Assembly: GCA_002380425.1 (NCBI GenBank)
Contig: DFUR01000048.1
Coordinates: 2,890-66,889 of the forward strand
Reading direction: 5' to 3'
Origin: Bacteroidales bacterium UBA4181
GTDB lineage: Bacteria > Bacteroidota > Bacteroidia > Bacteroidales > UBA4181
DNA length: 64,000 bases
The notes beneath the pieces were generated by a model. The model was not told where the DNA came from, made no database searches, and saw nothing but the letters and a program-made list of their open reading frames with translations. A program made the position numbers and the translations under genes. Within the stretch, counting starts at the first letter, position 1, and each line of letters begins with the position of its first letter. Shown here piece after piece: positions 29,581 through 40,800 of this stretch.

Positions 29581-31422
29581 ATGTGTGGAATTGTAGCCTA
29601 TTTGGGGAATAAGGAAGCTTATCCGGTATTGATTCAGGGTCTGAGACGTTTGGAATACAGGGGATATGACAGTGCCGGAGTGGCTTTATGCCAGCAAGGG
29701 GGCTTTCATGTGATCAAAACCAAGGGCAAGGTGGATGATCTGGAGGCTCAGGCCAAGGGTAAGGATGTTTCCGGTACCGTTGGTATTGGCCATACCCGTT
29801 GGGCTACCCACGGGGAACCCAATGATGTCAACGCTCATCCTCATTGTTCTCAGAGTGAGGATATTGTTTTGATACACAATGGCATTATTGAGAACTACTC
29901 GGTTCTGAAGGAGCAGCTACTTCAGGAGGGTTATACTTTTTGCAGTGCTACGGACACCGAAGTGCTGGTACAGTTTATCGATTTCATAAAAAAGTCTCAT
30001 CAGGTCTCCCTGCTTTCTGCGGTGCAGATTGCTTTGCAGCAGGTGGTTGGGGCTTATGCTCTGGCCATACTGTCGCGCGAAGATCCCGATATGATTATTG
30101 CGGTGCGTAAGGGGAGCCCTCTGGTGATAGGTATCGGGGAGGAGGAGTTCCTGCTCGCCTCAGATGCCACCCCCATTGTGGAGCATACTCAGAAGGTGGT
30201 CTATCTGAATGATGAGGAAATTGCCGTACTCAAGCGTGGGCAGCCTATGCAGGTGACTACCATTCATAATGTGCCGCATACATTCAAGGTTACCGAGCTG
30301 GAAATGAGTCTGAGTGCTCTGGAAAAGGAGGGTTTCGATCATTTTATGCTCAAGGAGATCTATGAGCAACCCCGTACCATTCGGGATAGCTGCAGGGGAC
30401 GTGTGAATGTTGCGATGAATCAGCTGAGCATCGCCGGGGTGATTGATCACAGGGAACGTTTTATGGCAGCCAAGCGCATCATCATTATGGCCTGCGGAAC
30501 TTCCTATCATGCTGGGTTGATCGGAGAGTATATGTTTGAGGAGTTTGCCCGGATTCCTGTCGAGGTGGAGTATTCCTCGGAGTTCAGGTACCGGAATCCG
30601 TTGATTTATCCCGACGATATTGTTATTGCTATTTCCCAGTCGGGAGAAACCGCTGATACCCTTGCCGCCCTGGAGATTGCCAAGGAGAAGGATGCCTTTT
30701 TGTTTGGTATCTGCAATGTGGTCGGATCTTCCATTCCCCGGAATACGCATTCGGGATGTTACACCCACGCTGGTCCTGAGATTGGAGTCGCCTCCACGAA
30801 GGCGTTCACAGCGCAGGTAACAGTCCTTGCCTTGCTGTCTCTGGCTGTTGGCCGTCTCAGGGGCACCCTGCCAGATGCCACCTTCCACGAGGTGATTCAT
30901 GAGTTGGATCAGTTGCCCTCTAAGGTGGAATCCATTCTGGAAATGAACGAGGAGCTCAAGGATATGGCCCGGATTTTTACTTATGCACGCAACTTCCTGT
31001 ATCTGGGCCGCGGCTACAATTTCCCGGTGGCTCTTGAGGGAGCCCTGAAGCTTAAAGAGATTTCGTACATTCATGCCGAAGGGTATCCTGCTGCCGAAAT
31101 GAAGCATGGCCCCATTGCGCTCATTGATGCTGAAATGCCGGTAGTGGTGATCGCTACCCACCACAACAATTACGAAAAGATTATTAGCAATATTCAGGAG
31201 GTCAAGGCCCGCAAGGGCCGCATCATTGCGGTCGTGACCGAGGGGGATGTGACCGTGCGGAATCTGGCAGACTTTGTCATCGAAGTGCCTCATACCGTGG
31301 CCTGTCTGGGGCCTATTCTGTCGATCATTCCGCTTCAGATGCTGGCTTACCATATTGCTGTGGTCCGGGGTTGTAATGTGGATCAGCCCAGGAATCTGGC
31401 CAAGTCTGTGACGGTTGAATAG
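29581..31422 (+). CDS. glmS: Glutamine--fructose-6-phosphate aminotransferase
   Basis: MCGIVAYLG N-terminal nucleophile Cys, two SIS domains, C-terminal NLAKSVTVE. Confidence 0.97.
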   Translation: MCGIVAYLGNKEAYPVLIQGLRRLEYRGYDSAGVALCQQGGFHVIKTKGKVDDLEAQAKGKDVSGTVGIGHTRWATHGEPNDVNAHPHCSQSEDIVLIHNGIIENYSVLKEQLLQEGYTFCSATDTEVLVQFIDFIKKSHQVSLLSAVQIALQQVVGAYALAILSREDPDMIIAVRKGSPLVIGIGEEEFLLASDATPIVEHTQKVVYLNDEEIAVLKRGQPMQVTTIHNVPHTFKVTELEMSLSALEKEGFDHFMLKEIYEQPRTIRDSCRGRVNVAMNQLSIAGVIDHRERFMAAKRIIIMACGTSYHAGLIGEYMFEEFARIPVEVEYSSEFRYRNPLIYPDDIVIAISQSGETADTLAALEIAKEKDAFLFGICNVVGSSIPRNTHSGCYTHAGPEIGVASTKAFTAQVTVLALLSLAVGRLRGTLPDATFHEVIHELDQLPSKVESILEMNEELKDMARIFTYARNFLYLGRGYNFPVALEGALKLKEISYIHAEGYPAAEMKHGPIALIDAEMPVVVIATHHNNYEKIISNIQEVKARKGRIIAVVTEGDVTVRNLADFVIEVPHTVACLGPILSIIPLQMLAYHIAVVRGCNVDQPRNLAKSVTVE

Positions 31423-31633
31423 CCCGGGATGGTTTGCCGGACTGCTCATTTGAGGAGTCCGAATGCAGACACTTTTTTTGGCTTGTTTTAATGTGTAAGT
31501 TTTCTGAGCCAGTTTGTGGCAAGTTGGTGATGATTTGAGATTTTTTTGAACGAAAAAGTTTCAATTAGAAATCATAAATCATTTTATTGTAAAAATGTAT
31601 AAGTTTTTCGCACCGAAATATTTAGATTTTTTC

Positions 31634-31641
31634 TATTTTTG
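31634..31641 (+). promoter_or_regulatory. Candidate -7 promoter box (TATTTTTG) for the dapF operon
   Basis: TAnnTTTG match 29 nt upstream of the dapF ATG, in an AT-rich spacer. Confidence 0.4.
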
Positions 31642-31670
31642 CAGAAAATAGTTAAAGATTGTAATTTGTA

Positions 31671-32561
31671 ATGAGTTTTGGCGCTTACCATACTATTCCT
31701 TTTACCAAAATGCATGGAACAGGCAATGATTACATATATATTGATGCCTCCCGTGTGTCCGTGGACAACCCTTCTGCCTTGGCAAGACGTATGAGCGACA
31801 GGCACTTTGGGGTCGGCTCAGACGGTTTGGTGCTGATTCTGCCCTCACAGACCTGCGATGTGGCCATGCGTATGTTCAATGCCGACGGGACTGAGTCGGA
31901 GATGTGCGGCAATGCTTCCCGGTGTGTGGGAAAATATGTGTATGAGCATGGATGGGTTTCGGATACTCACCTGACGCTTGAAACACTTGGAGGCAGGAAG
32001 CATCTGGAACTGACGGTTCGCGATGGAAAAGTCACCGATGTTTGTGTAGATATGGGCGCACCTGTTTTGGAGCCCTCCCGCATTCCTGCCCTGTTCCATG
32101 GTGATCGGGTGATTTCGGCTCCCCTGAGGATTCATGGTGTGGAATATGCCGTTACCTGTGTCTCTATGGGGAACCCGCACGCAGTTGTTTTCGTGGAGGA
32201 TGTGCCGGGGGTGGATGTGTCCTGGATTGGCCCGGAGTTTGAACATCACATCGCTTTCCCGCAAAGAGTGAATGCCGAGTTTGCCACAGTAATTCATCCC
32301 GGGCTGATTCAGATGCGGGTGTGGGAACGGGGAGCAGGTGAAACCCTTGCTTGCGGTACGGGTGCCTGTGCAACTCTGGTTGCGGGTGTACTGAACGGAG
32401 TGTGTGGCCGGCAAGCAACGATTCGCCTCTCAGGAGGAGACTTGCTCGTGGAGTGGCGGGAATCGGACAATCATGTGTATATGACCGGGAATGCGGTGAC
32501 GGTTTTTGAAGGAACCTATTGGACAGAATCTTTAATCAACGGCGATGGCTCTGGTGAATGA
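31671..32561 (+). CDS. dapF: Diaminopimelate epimerase
   Basis: [15 protein letters not shown], catalytic Cys contexts EMCGNASRC and LACGTGACA. Confidence 0.9.
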   Translation: MSFGAYHTIPFTKMHGTGNDYIYIDASRVSVDNPSALARRMSDRHFGVGSDGLVLILPSQTCDVAMRMFNADGTESEMCGNASRCVGKYVYEHGWVSDTHLTLETLGGRKHLELTVRDGKVTDVCVDMGAPVLEPSRIPALFHGDRVISAPLRIHGVEYAVTCVSMGNPHAVVFVEDVPGVDVSWIGPEFEHHIAFPQRVNAEFATVIHPGLIQMRVWERGAGETLACGTGACATLVAGVLNGVCGRQATIRLSGGDLLVEWRESDNHVYMTGNAVTVFEGTYWTESLINGDGSGE

Positions 32562-33801
32562 ACATTTTCTGCAGCTCCCGGGAAGCTATCTCTTCTCGGA
32601 TATTGCCCGCCGCGTCAGGATGTTTGAGGAGCAGCATCCGGATATCCCCCTGATTCGCATGGGTATCGGGGATGTTACCCTGCCCTTGCCCAAAGCTGTT
32701 GTGGGGGCCATGCACCTGGCGGTGGATGAAATGTCCCGCAAGGCATCATTCAGGGGTTATGGTCCCGAACAAGGGTACAGTTTCCTGGTAGAAACCATCA
32801 TTGAGAATGATTACCGGCCTCTGGGCGTTTCTCTCGATCCTGATGAGGTGTTTGTGAGTGACGGGTCCAAGAGTGATACGGGAAATATCGGAGATATTCT
32901 GGGTAAGGACAATATCGTTGCTGTTACGGACCCGGTATATCCGGTGTATATTGACACCAATGTAATGGCTGGTCGTGCCGGTGTGCTCACAGAATCGGGA
33001 ATCTGGAGCAATATCAGGTATCTGCCCTGTACGGCAGAGAATGGTTTCATTCCTGAGTTGCCTTCGGAACCGGTGGATATCATTTATTTGTGTTTTCCCA
33101 ATAATCCCACGGGAACGACCCTTACCCGTGCAGAGCTTCGCAAATGGGTAAATTTTGCTATAGATACCAAGGCCCTGATTTTGTTCGATGCTGCTTATGA
33201 GGCGTATATTACCGAAAGAGATGTGCCGCACAGCATCTATGAAATCCGGGGAGCGAAGCAGGTGGCCATTGAGTTTCGAAGCTTTTCGAAAACGGCTGGC
33301 TTTACCGGGACCAGGTGTGCTTATACTGTGGTTCCCAAGGCGGTGTGTGCCTATACCAATGCCGGGGACAAAGTGATGCTCAACGCCCTGTGGAACCGGC
33401 GCCAGACAACGAAATTCAATGGGGTGTCCTATGTGGTGCAACGTGCAGCTCAGGCAGTCTATTCTGAGGAGGGCATCCGACAGGTGCAAAAAATGATTGC
33501 CTACTATATGCAGAACGCCCTGTTGATTCGCAAGAGTCTGCTGGAAGCCGGTTTTGAAGTTTTTGGCGGAGTCAATGCTCCCTATATCTGGGTGCGTGCG
33601 CCCAAGGGCCTCACTTCATGGAAATTTTTCGATATGCTGCTCAATGAGGCACATGTGGTGGGAACTCCCGGGGTGGGTTTTGGCCCCAGTGGAGAAGGAT
33701 ACCTCCGGCTGACCGCTTTCGGGGACAAGAAACTCACCCAGGAGGCCATGAGCAGGATTACTGCCTGGAAATTATCATCTTTGAAATCGAATAATCCCTA
33801 A
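32545..33801 (+). CDS. dapL: LL-diaminopimelate aminotransferase
   Basis: [22 protein letters not shown]-terminus and [15 protein letters not shown] (PLP Lys). It overlaps dapF by 17 nt. Confidence 0.88.
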   Translation: MALVNEHFLQLPGSYLFSDIARRVRMFEEQHPDIPLIRMGIGDVTLPLPKAVVGAMHLAVDEMSRKASFRGYGPEQGYSFLVETIIENDYRPLGVSLDPDEVFVSDGSKSDTGNIGDILGKDNIVAVTDPVYPVYIDTNVMAGRAGVLTESGIWSNIRYLPCTAENGFIPELPSEPVDIIYLCFPNNPTGTTLTRAELRKWVNFAIDTKALILFDAAYEAYITERDVPHSIYEIRGAKQVAIEFRSFSKTAGFTGTRCAYTVVPKAVCAYTNAGDKVMLNALWNRRQTTKFNGVSYVVQRAAQAVYSEEGIRQVQKMIAYYMQNALLIRKSLLEAGFEVFGGVNAPYIWVRAPKGLTSWKFFDMLLNEAHVVGTPGVGFGPSGEGYLRLTAFGDKKLTQEAMSRITAWKLSSLKSNNP

Positions 33802-34538
33802 TGAATCCGAGTATGAAAACGATTTATTCTTTTGCTCTGGCAACAACTCACTGTTTCTTAATGCTCTCAGTCAATGCGATGGCTGCAGATAAACCTGAGT
33901 TTTCTCTGGGTGGCGATGTGGTCAGTTCCTATGTGTGGCGCGGTTCCCAGGTTGCGGGTTTTGAGGGCATCAATGTACAACCCTATGCTTCCATGGATTA
34001 TGCCGGTTTCACTTTGGGTGCCTGGGCATCAACCAATTTTGAGGGGGATGGCAAGGAGGTGGATTTCTCACTGGGATATACCCTGGGGGGGCTTTCTGCA
34101 ACCCTCACCGATTATTGGTTTGGAGGTAATTATTTCCGTTACGGGAAAGAAACGGGCACGCATACTTACGAGGCCACCCTGTCTTATGACTTTGGCGAGA
34201 AGTTGCCTTTGTCTGTCTCCTGGAGCACCCTCCTCTATGGGGATGACTACAAGGAAGACGGCAGTAAGCGGTATTCCAGTTATCTGGAGTTGAATTACAG
34301 CACCAGCCTGAGTGACGTGGACCTCACGTTCACCGTGGGAGCTTCACCGTGGTCCAGTAACTGGTACCATCTGGATGCTGAGGGGGACCTGAAATCGGGC
34401 TTCCAGGTCAACAACATTGCTCTGACAGCTGCCAAGGAAATCAAGCTCACCGAGTCATTCTCCCTGCCCTTGTTTGGACAGGTTGTATTCAATCCCTGCC
34501 AGGAAGATGTTCACTTTGTAATTGGTTTGTCGTTATGA
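33801..34538 (+). CDS. Putative small outer-membrane beta-barrel protein of unknown function
   Basis: Signal peptide (MKTIYSFALATTHCFLMLSVNAMA). Alternating amphipathic strands (FSLGGDVVSSYVWRG, YASMDYAGFTLGAWAST, DFSLGYTLGGLSATLTDYWF, YEATLSYDF, YLELNYSTS, HFVIGLSL). TAATG and ATGA overlaps with its neighbours. Confidence 0.6.
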   Translation: MNPSMKTIYSFALATTHCFLMLSVNAMAADKPEFSLGGDVVSSYVWRGSQVAGFEGINVQPYASMDYAGFTLGAWASTNFEGDGKEVDFSLGYTLGGLSATLTDYWFGGNYFRYGKETGTHTYEATLSYDFGEKLPLSVSWSTLLYGDDYKEDGSKRYSSYLELNYSTSLSDVDLTFTVGASPWSSNWYHLDAEGDLKSGFQVNNIALTAAKEIKLTESFSLPLFGQVVFNPCQEDVHFVIGLSL

Positions 34539-35569
34539 GCCTCGTTATCCCCCCAAGATACAAGCCTATGCTTGCACCAGAGCAGACCGAAATGGCTATC
34601 AAGCTACTCAAGGATACCTTTGAGCACGGGCTTTCGTTTGCCCTTAAATTGCGGCGGGTTACTGCACCCTTGTTTGTATTCAGCGGTACTGGGGTCAACG
34701 ATGACCTGAACGGTGTGGAACGGGCTGTGCGTTTCCCGGTCAAGTGTATGGATGACCGGCAGGTTGAAGTGGTTCATTCTCTGGCCAAATGGAAGCGTAT
34801 GAAACTTGCTTCCTACAGTATTCCTCCCGGTTACGGACTGTACACTGATATGAATGCCATCAGACCCGATGAAGAACTCAGCAATATTCACTCCCTGTAT
34901 GTGGATCAGTGGGATTGGGAGCGGACCATTCAGACCAGTGACCGGAATCTGGATTTTCTCAAGAAGATTGTCCGCGAGATCTATGGAGTCCTGCTCAAGA
35001 CGGAAGCCTATATCTTTGGCCAGTATCCTCAGCTGGAGCCATTTCTGCCTGAGCAAATAACCTTTCTTCATTCTGAGGAATTGCTGGAGATGTATCCCGG
35101 TGTGTCTCCCAAGGAGCGGGAGCGCAGAGCGGTCAAGAAATTCGGGGCGGTGTTCGTTATCGGTATCGGAGCCGACCTGGCCGATGGCAAGCCTCATGAT
35201 GGGAGGGCACCCGACTATGATGACTGGAGTACCCCTACAATGAATGGTTTTAAAGGGCTCAACGGAGATATTCTGGTTTGGAATCCTGTACTGGATGCAC
35301 CGCTGGAGTTGTCATCCATGGGTATTCGGGTGGACAGGGATGCATTGGTGAAACAACTGGATTTGGCGGGTTGCCCTGAGCGAAAGACGCTGTTGTTCCA
35401 CAAAATGCTTCTCAGTAATCAGTTGCCTCTGTCTGTGGGAGGGGGCATCGGGCAATCCCGGTTGTGTATGTTCTTCCTGCGTAAGGCTCATATCGGAGAA
35501 GTTCAGGCGAGTATATGGCCCGAACAAATGGAGGCGGAGTGCCGCCGGAACGAAATATTTTTAATGTAA
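34535..35569 (+). CDS. asnA: Aspartate--ammonia ligase (asparagine synthetase A)
   Basis: TEMAIKLLKDTFEHGLS...LRRVTAPLFV, class II aaRS-like core, GGGIGQSRLCMFFL. Confidence 0.9.
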   Translation: MSLVIPPRYKPMLAPEQTEMAIKLLKDTFEHGLSFALKLRRVTAPLFVFSGTGVNDDLNGVERAVRFPVKCMDDRQVEVVHSLAKWKRMKLASYSIPPGYGLYTDMNAIRPDEELSNIHSLYVDQWDWERTIQTSDRNLDFLKKIVREIYGVLLKTEAYIFGQYPQLEPFLPEQITFLHSEELLEMYPGVSPKERERRAVKKFGAVFVIGIGADLADGKPHDGRAPDYDDWSTPTMNGFKGLNGDILVWNPVLDAPLELSSMGIRVDRDALVKQLDLAGCPERKTLLFHKMLLSNQLPLSVGGGIGQSRLCMFFLRKAHIGEVQASIWPEQMEAECRRNEIFLM

Positions 35570-35597
35570 CTTAATCGCAATTTTCAATATCAGAGTT

Positions 35598-37790
35598 ATG
35601 GCAACCTTAAGATTCAAAGTAGTTGAAGAAGCTTTCAGACGGAAAGCTGTCGTGGTGGATGCGCCTGCGTCCAAAGTGTCCGATTATTACGGATGTTGTG
35701 TGTTCAATCGGGAGACGATGAAGAAATATCTGTCGCGGGAAACCTGTTCAATCGTGCTGAATGCCATTGATACCGGAGTTCCCCTGGACCGGGAAATTGC
35801 CAACCATGTTGCCGCTGGTATGAAGATGTGGGCTATGGAGTTGGGCGCGACACATTACACCCACTGGTTTCACCCACTGACAGATGGTACTGCCGAAAAG
35901 CACGATGCCTTTATTGAGCACGGAGCGGTACTTGGCACAGTTGAAGAAGAGTTTGCCGGAAAATTGCTGGCACAGCAAGAGCCTGATGCTTCCAGTTTCC
36001 CCAGCGGAGGCATTCGCAATACCTTTGAGGCCCGCGGATACACTGCCTGGGATCCTTCATCCCCTGCTTTTATCATGGACAAAACCCTCTGTATTCCTAC
36101 AGTCTTTATTTCTTACACTGGGGAAGCTCTGGACTACAAGGCTCCCTTGCTCAAGTCCATTACAGCTGTGGATGAGGCTGCCGTTGAGGTGTGTAAGTGG
36201 TTTGACCCCTCGGTGAAGAAAGTTTTTTCCTATCTGGGCTGGGAACAGGAGTATTTCTTGGTGGATGAGGCCCTTTTTTCTGCCCGTCCTGACCTGATGC
36301 TCACTGGAAGAACCCTCATTGGTCACGAGTCGGCCAAGAATCAGCAGCTGGAAGATCACTATTTCGGAGCCATTCCTACCCGCGTTGCTTCCTTTATGAC
36401 CGATCTGGAGTATGAATGCTACAAACTGGGCATTCCGGCCAAGACCTGTCATAATGAAGTGGCACCGAACCAGTTTGAGATTGCCCCGATTTACGAGGAA
36501 ACCAATCTGGCCGTTGATCACAACCTCTTGCTGATGTCCGTAATGAAGAAGGTTGCCCGTCGGCATAACTTCCGCGTATTGTTGCACGAAAAGCCTTTCA
36601 AGGGCATCAATGGTTCCGGAAAGCACAACAACTGGTCTTTGGGAACAGACACCGGAGTGGGCCTGCTTTCTCCGGGTAAGACCCCGGCAGAGAACCTGCA
36701 GTTCATCACGTTCATGGTGAACATCATGATGGCCGTTTACAAGCATAACGGTTTGCTCAAGGCCAGTATTATGTCTGCACAGAATGCGCATCGGCTTGGT
36801 GCCAATGAGGCACCTCCGGCCATTATTTCCATCTTTTTGGGAACACAAATTGCCGAAGTTCTTGACAAGCTGGAGCAGAGTTCCACTGAGGAGGCCATTC
36901 ATGTGGATGACAAGAAAAGGATGAAGCTTGGGATTGCGCACATTCCCGAGGTATTGCTCGACAACACAGACAGAAACCGGACCTCACCCTTTGCCTTTAC
37001 CGGGAACCGGTTCGAGTTCCGTGCTGTGGGTTCCTCGGCCAACTGTGCTTCAGCCATGACGGCCCTGAATGCTGCTGTTGCCAGTCAGCTCAGGGAATTC
37101 AAGAAATCAGTGGATGCCCGGATCGCCTCCGGGGATTCGCACGAGCAGGCCATCTTCTCCATTCTGAAAGAGTATATCCGGATCTCCAAACCCATCCGCT
37201 TCAACGGAAACGGATACAGTGATGAGTGGAAGGCTGAGGCCGTCCGCAGGGGCCTGGATTGTGAGACCAGTGTCCCGGTGGTGTTTGACTCCTACCTGAA
37301 ACCCGAGAGTGTGCGGATGTTTGAGGAAACCTTAGTATTCAGCGAGAAGGAGTTACATGCCCGGAATGAGGTGAAGTGGGAAACCTACACCAAGAAGATT
37401 CAGATCGAAGCCAGGGTTCTTGGGGATTTGGCCCAGAACCATATTATTCCTCTTGGTCTTCGGTATCAGTCTTTGCTGCTCGAGAATGTATCCCGCCTGA
37501 AGGACCTGTATCCTGAGGATACCTTCAGGAAACTGGCCGCTGAGGAACTGAGCATGATCCAGAAGATAGGAGAACATGTTAATGTGATCAAGACCAATGT
37601 CACTGCGATGATTGAGGCCAGGAAGGTGGCGAACAAGATTGAGGAAGGCCGTGCCAAAGCACTGGCTTACCACGACCAGATTCTGCCCTATTTCGACGTT
37701 ATCCGCTATCATGTGGACAAACTGGAGCTGATTGTGGACGATGAACTGTGGACACTTCCCAAGTACAGGGAATTATTATTTATCCGGTAA
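35598..37790 (+). CDS. glnN: Type III glutamine synthetase
   Basis: 730 aa. N-terminal SDYYGCCVFNRETMKKYL and core NEVAPNQFEIAPIYE...LHEKPFKGINGSGKHNNWS are typical of GSIII. Confidence 0.9.
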   Translation: MATLRFKVVEEAFRRKAVVVDAPASKVSDYYGCCVFNRETMKKYLSRETCSIVLNAIDTGVPLDREIANHVAAGMKMWAMELGATHYTHWFHPLTDGTAEKHDAFIEHGAVLGTVEEEFAGKLLAQQEPDASSFPSGGIRNTFEARGYTAWDPSSPAFIMDKTLCIPTVFISYTGEALDYKAPLLKSITAVDEAAVEVCKWFDPSVKKVFSYLGWEQEYFLVDEALFSARPDLMLTGRTLIGHESAKNQQLEDHYFGAIPTRVASFMTDLEYECYKLGIPAKTCHNEVAPNQFEIAPIYEETNLAVDHNLLLMSVMKKVARRHNFRVLLHEKPFKGINGSGKHNNWSLGTDTGVGLLSPGKTPAENLQFITFMVNIMMAVYKHNGLLKASIMSAQNAHRLGANEAPPAIISIFLGTQIAEVLDKLEQSSTEEAIHVDDKKRMKLGIAHIPEVLLDNTDRNRTSPFAFTGNRFEFRAVGSSANCASAMTALNAAVASQLREFKKSVDARIASGDSHEQAIFSILKEYIRISKPIRFNGNGYSDEWKAEAVRRGLDCETSVPVVFDSYLKPESVRMFEETLVFSEKELHARNEVKWETYTKKIQIEARVLGDLAQNHIIPLGLRYQSLLLENVSRLKDLYPEDTFRKLAAEELSMIQKIGEHVNVIKTNVTAMIEARKVANKIEEGRAKALAYHDQILPYFDVIRYHVDKLELIVDDELWTLPKYRELLFIR

Positions 37791-37817
37791 ACGCACAGGT
37801 TTTTTAGCATTCATACC

Positions 37818-40800
37818 ATGAACAATTTTATTCCTGAAGCACAGGGATTGTATCGTCCTGACTATGAGCGAGACGGATGCGGTGTGGGTCTGGTAGTACA
37901 GATCAAGGGCGACCGTTCACACGATGTGGTGGAGAAAGGTCTTCAGGTCCTGGAGCACATGGTCCACCGGGGCGCTGAGAGTGCCGATAACAAGACGGGG
38001 GACGGTGCCGGTATCCTGTTGCAGATACCCCATGAGTTTATTCTGCTGCAGGGAATTCCTGTCCCTGAAAGAGGACACTATGGTACCGGGCTGGTGTTTC
38101 TGCCCCGGTTGGAACAGGAGGCGGAACTCTGCATGAGCATCATCCGGGAGACCATCCAGAAGGAAGGTCTTTCCCTGCTGGCAGTGCGGGATGTGCCAGT
38201 GGCCAGTGAGACCCTTGGGGAGATTTCCCGGTCCCATGAGCCGCTGATCAAGCAAATCTTTGTGGTCGGCCCTTGTAAGCATGAGGCTCTTGAGCGGAAA
38301 CTCTATGTGGTCAGGAAAAAGATTGAGCGGGCAGTTTCCCGTTCCGGAATGTCCGGGAAAAAGAGCTTTTACGTTGTCAGTCTTTCCGGGACGCGGATTG
38401 TGTATAAGGGGATGCTGACTTCCGATCAGCTGAGGTCCTACTTTCCCGATTTGTCTCATCCCAATCTGACCAGTGCCATCGCTCTGGTACACTCACGGTT
38501 CAGTACCAATACATTCCCTACCTGGGATCTGGCCCAGCCCTTCAGGCTGTTGGGCCATAATGGGGAAATCAACACCATCCGGGGAAACCGTTACTGGATG
38601 GAGGCAAGGGAGAGTGTGCTGAAAAGCGAAGCCCTCGGGGATATGTCCGAATTGTGGCCCGTGATTCAGCCTGGTATGAGCGACAGCGCATCCCTGGACA
38701 ATGTGCTGGAATTTCTGGTGATGTCCGGGAAGTCCCTTCCGCATGCTCTGTCCATGCTTGTGCCTGAGTCCTGGAACGACAAGAACCCAATCTCCGATGA
38801 CCTCAAGGCCTTTTATGAATACCACAGTATCTTCATGGAACCCTGGGACGGCCCTGCCACCCTGTTGTTTTCTGACGGTCGTTTTGCCGGCGGGATGCTG
38901 GACCGTAATGGATTGCGTCCGGCAAGATATCTGATTACACGCGATGACCTGATGGTGGTAGCTTCAGAAACGGGCGTACTGTCTTTTGAGCCGTCACAGA
39001 TCCGCGAGAAGGGTCGTCTCAAACCCGGCAAGATGTTGATGGTGGACACCCTCAAGGGCGAAGTGCTCTATGATGCGGAACTTAAGGAAACTCTGGCCAG
39101 GGAATATCCCTACCGTGAGTGGCTGAACCGCAACCGGATCCATCTGGAGGATCTTTCTTCCGGCCGGGAGGTGAGGGCAGAACTGGGCAACCTGAGTACA
39201 CTCATGCAAGTGTTTGGTTACTACAAGGAGGATCTGGAACGACTTATTGTGCCCATGGCTCTGGATGGAAAGGAGCCCGTATCCTCCATGGGGAATGATA
39301 CCCCGCTGGCGGTACTGTCCCAAAAGCCGCAGAGGCTGTTTCAGTATTTTCGTCAGTTATTTGCCCAGGTAACCAATCCGCCCATTGACCCCATCCGGGA
39401 GGAGTTGGTGATGTCCCTGACCGGATATATCGGTTCTCTTCAGAAGAATATGCTGGACCCTGTTCCGGAACACTGTAAGGTGGTCAAGCTGAAGTCCCCC
39501 GTGCTGAACAACGTGCAGTTCGATTTGATTGAACACTTGCGCTACAAGGGGTTTGCGACAGAGGTGCTGCCTATGCTGTTCCCTGCTTCAGGGGGCGCCC
39601 GTGCCCTGGAGAAGTCCCTGCATGAATTGTGTCTGCGTGCTGAGCAAGCAGTGGATTCGGGGATTCGGTATATCGTTCTCAGCGACCGGGGCGTGAATGC
39701 TTCTATGGCTCCGATTCCGTCCCTGCTGGCGGTTTCGGCGGTTCATCACCATCTGATTGAGCAGCGTAAGCGTGTTCAGATTGACTTGGTTGTGGAGTCG
39801 GCCGAGCCACGCGAGGTGATGCACTTCGCTCTGTTGTTTGGCTTTGGGGCGAATGCGGTCAATCCTTATCTGGTTTTTGCTGTTTTGCATGACCTTGTGA
39901 AAAAGTCAGAACTCGGGATGGATTATCAAACGGCAGAGGCGCACTATATCAAGGCCGTTCAGAAGGGATTGCTGAAGGTGATGTCCAAAATGGGTATTTC
40001 TACCCTGCGCAGTTACCGTGGAGCCCAGATTTTTGAGGCTGTCGGAATCAGTTCAGGGGTGCTTGACAAGTATTTCAGAGGTGTGGTCTCTCGTATCGGA
40101 GGTATTGACCTGCAAGATATGGCGCGGGAAACTCTTGAGGCTCATGCCCGAGGTTTCTCAGGCGAGCCCGGTAGTGTGCTGGAGAATATGGGTCACTACG
40201 CCTATCGGCGGCGGGGTGAGTTTCATGCCTGGAACCCCGAAACTATTGCACGTCTTCAACTGGCTACCCGGTCAGGAGATTACGCCCGGTTCAAGGAGTA
40301 CACCCAACTGGTTGACCAAAAGGAGCAGCGGACATTCCTGCGTGATTTTCTGCAATTTCGCAAAAATCCCATCCCTCTTGACGAGGTGGAGCCCGTCTCG
40401 GAGATAACCCGCCGTTTTGTTACTGGTGCTATGTCCTACGGGTCCATCAGTAAGGAGGCTCACGAGGCTCTGGCCTTGGCGATGAATGCCCTTGGGGGCA
40501 GAAGCAACACCGGTGAAGGAGGTGAGGACACGCTGCGGTTCAAGCCTCGCCCGGATGGGACCAGCGCCCGGAGTGCTATCAAACAGGTGGCTTCAGGAAG
40601 GTTCGGAGTGACCACGGAGTATCTTGTGAATGCCGATGAGCTACAGATTAAGATCGCCCAGGGAGCCAAGCCCGGGGAGGGAGGTCAGTTGCCCGGATTT
40701 AAGGTTGATCAGATTATTGCCAAAACCCGGCATTCGATTCCTGGAATCTCCCTGATTTCCCCTCCGCCCCATCATGACATCTATTCTATAGAGGATCTGG

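Noticed and set aside
30160-31449. Long antisense ORFs: 429 aa opposite glmS, and similar ones at 47053-48297, 48534-49664, 36057-36941, 50063-50932, 12202-12909 and 32746-33489
   Set aside because: Each lies entirely opposite a gene with strong family motifs. Their translations are low-complexity and His/Arg/Gly/Pro-rich with no motifs. They are typical shadow ORFs of moderately GC-rich coding DNA.
31423-31670. Possible lysine riboswitch or sRNA in the 248-nt AT-rich spacer before dapF/dapL
   Set aside because: I could find no multi-helix junction or GC-rich conserved cores. The spacer is mostly A/T runs. The only hairpin (31437-31460, with a T-run 12 nt later) looks like a weak glmS terminator. 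It is best explained as terminator plus promoter.
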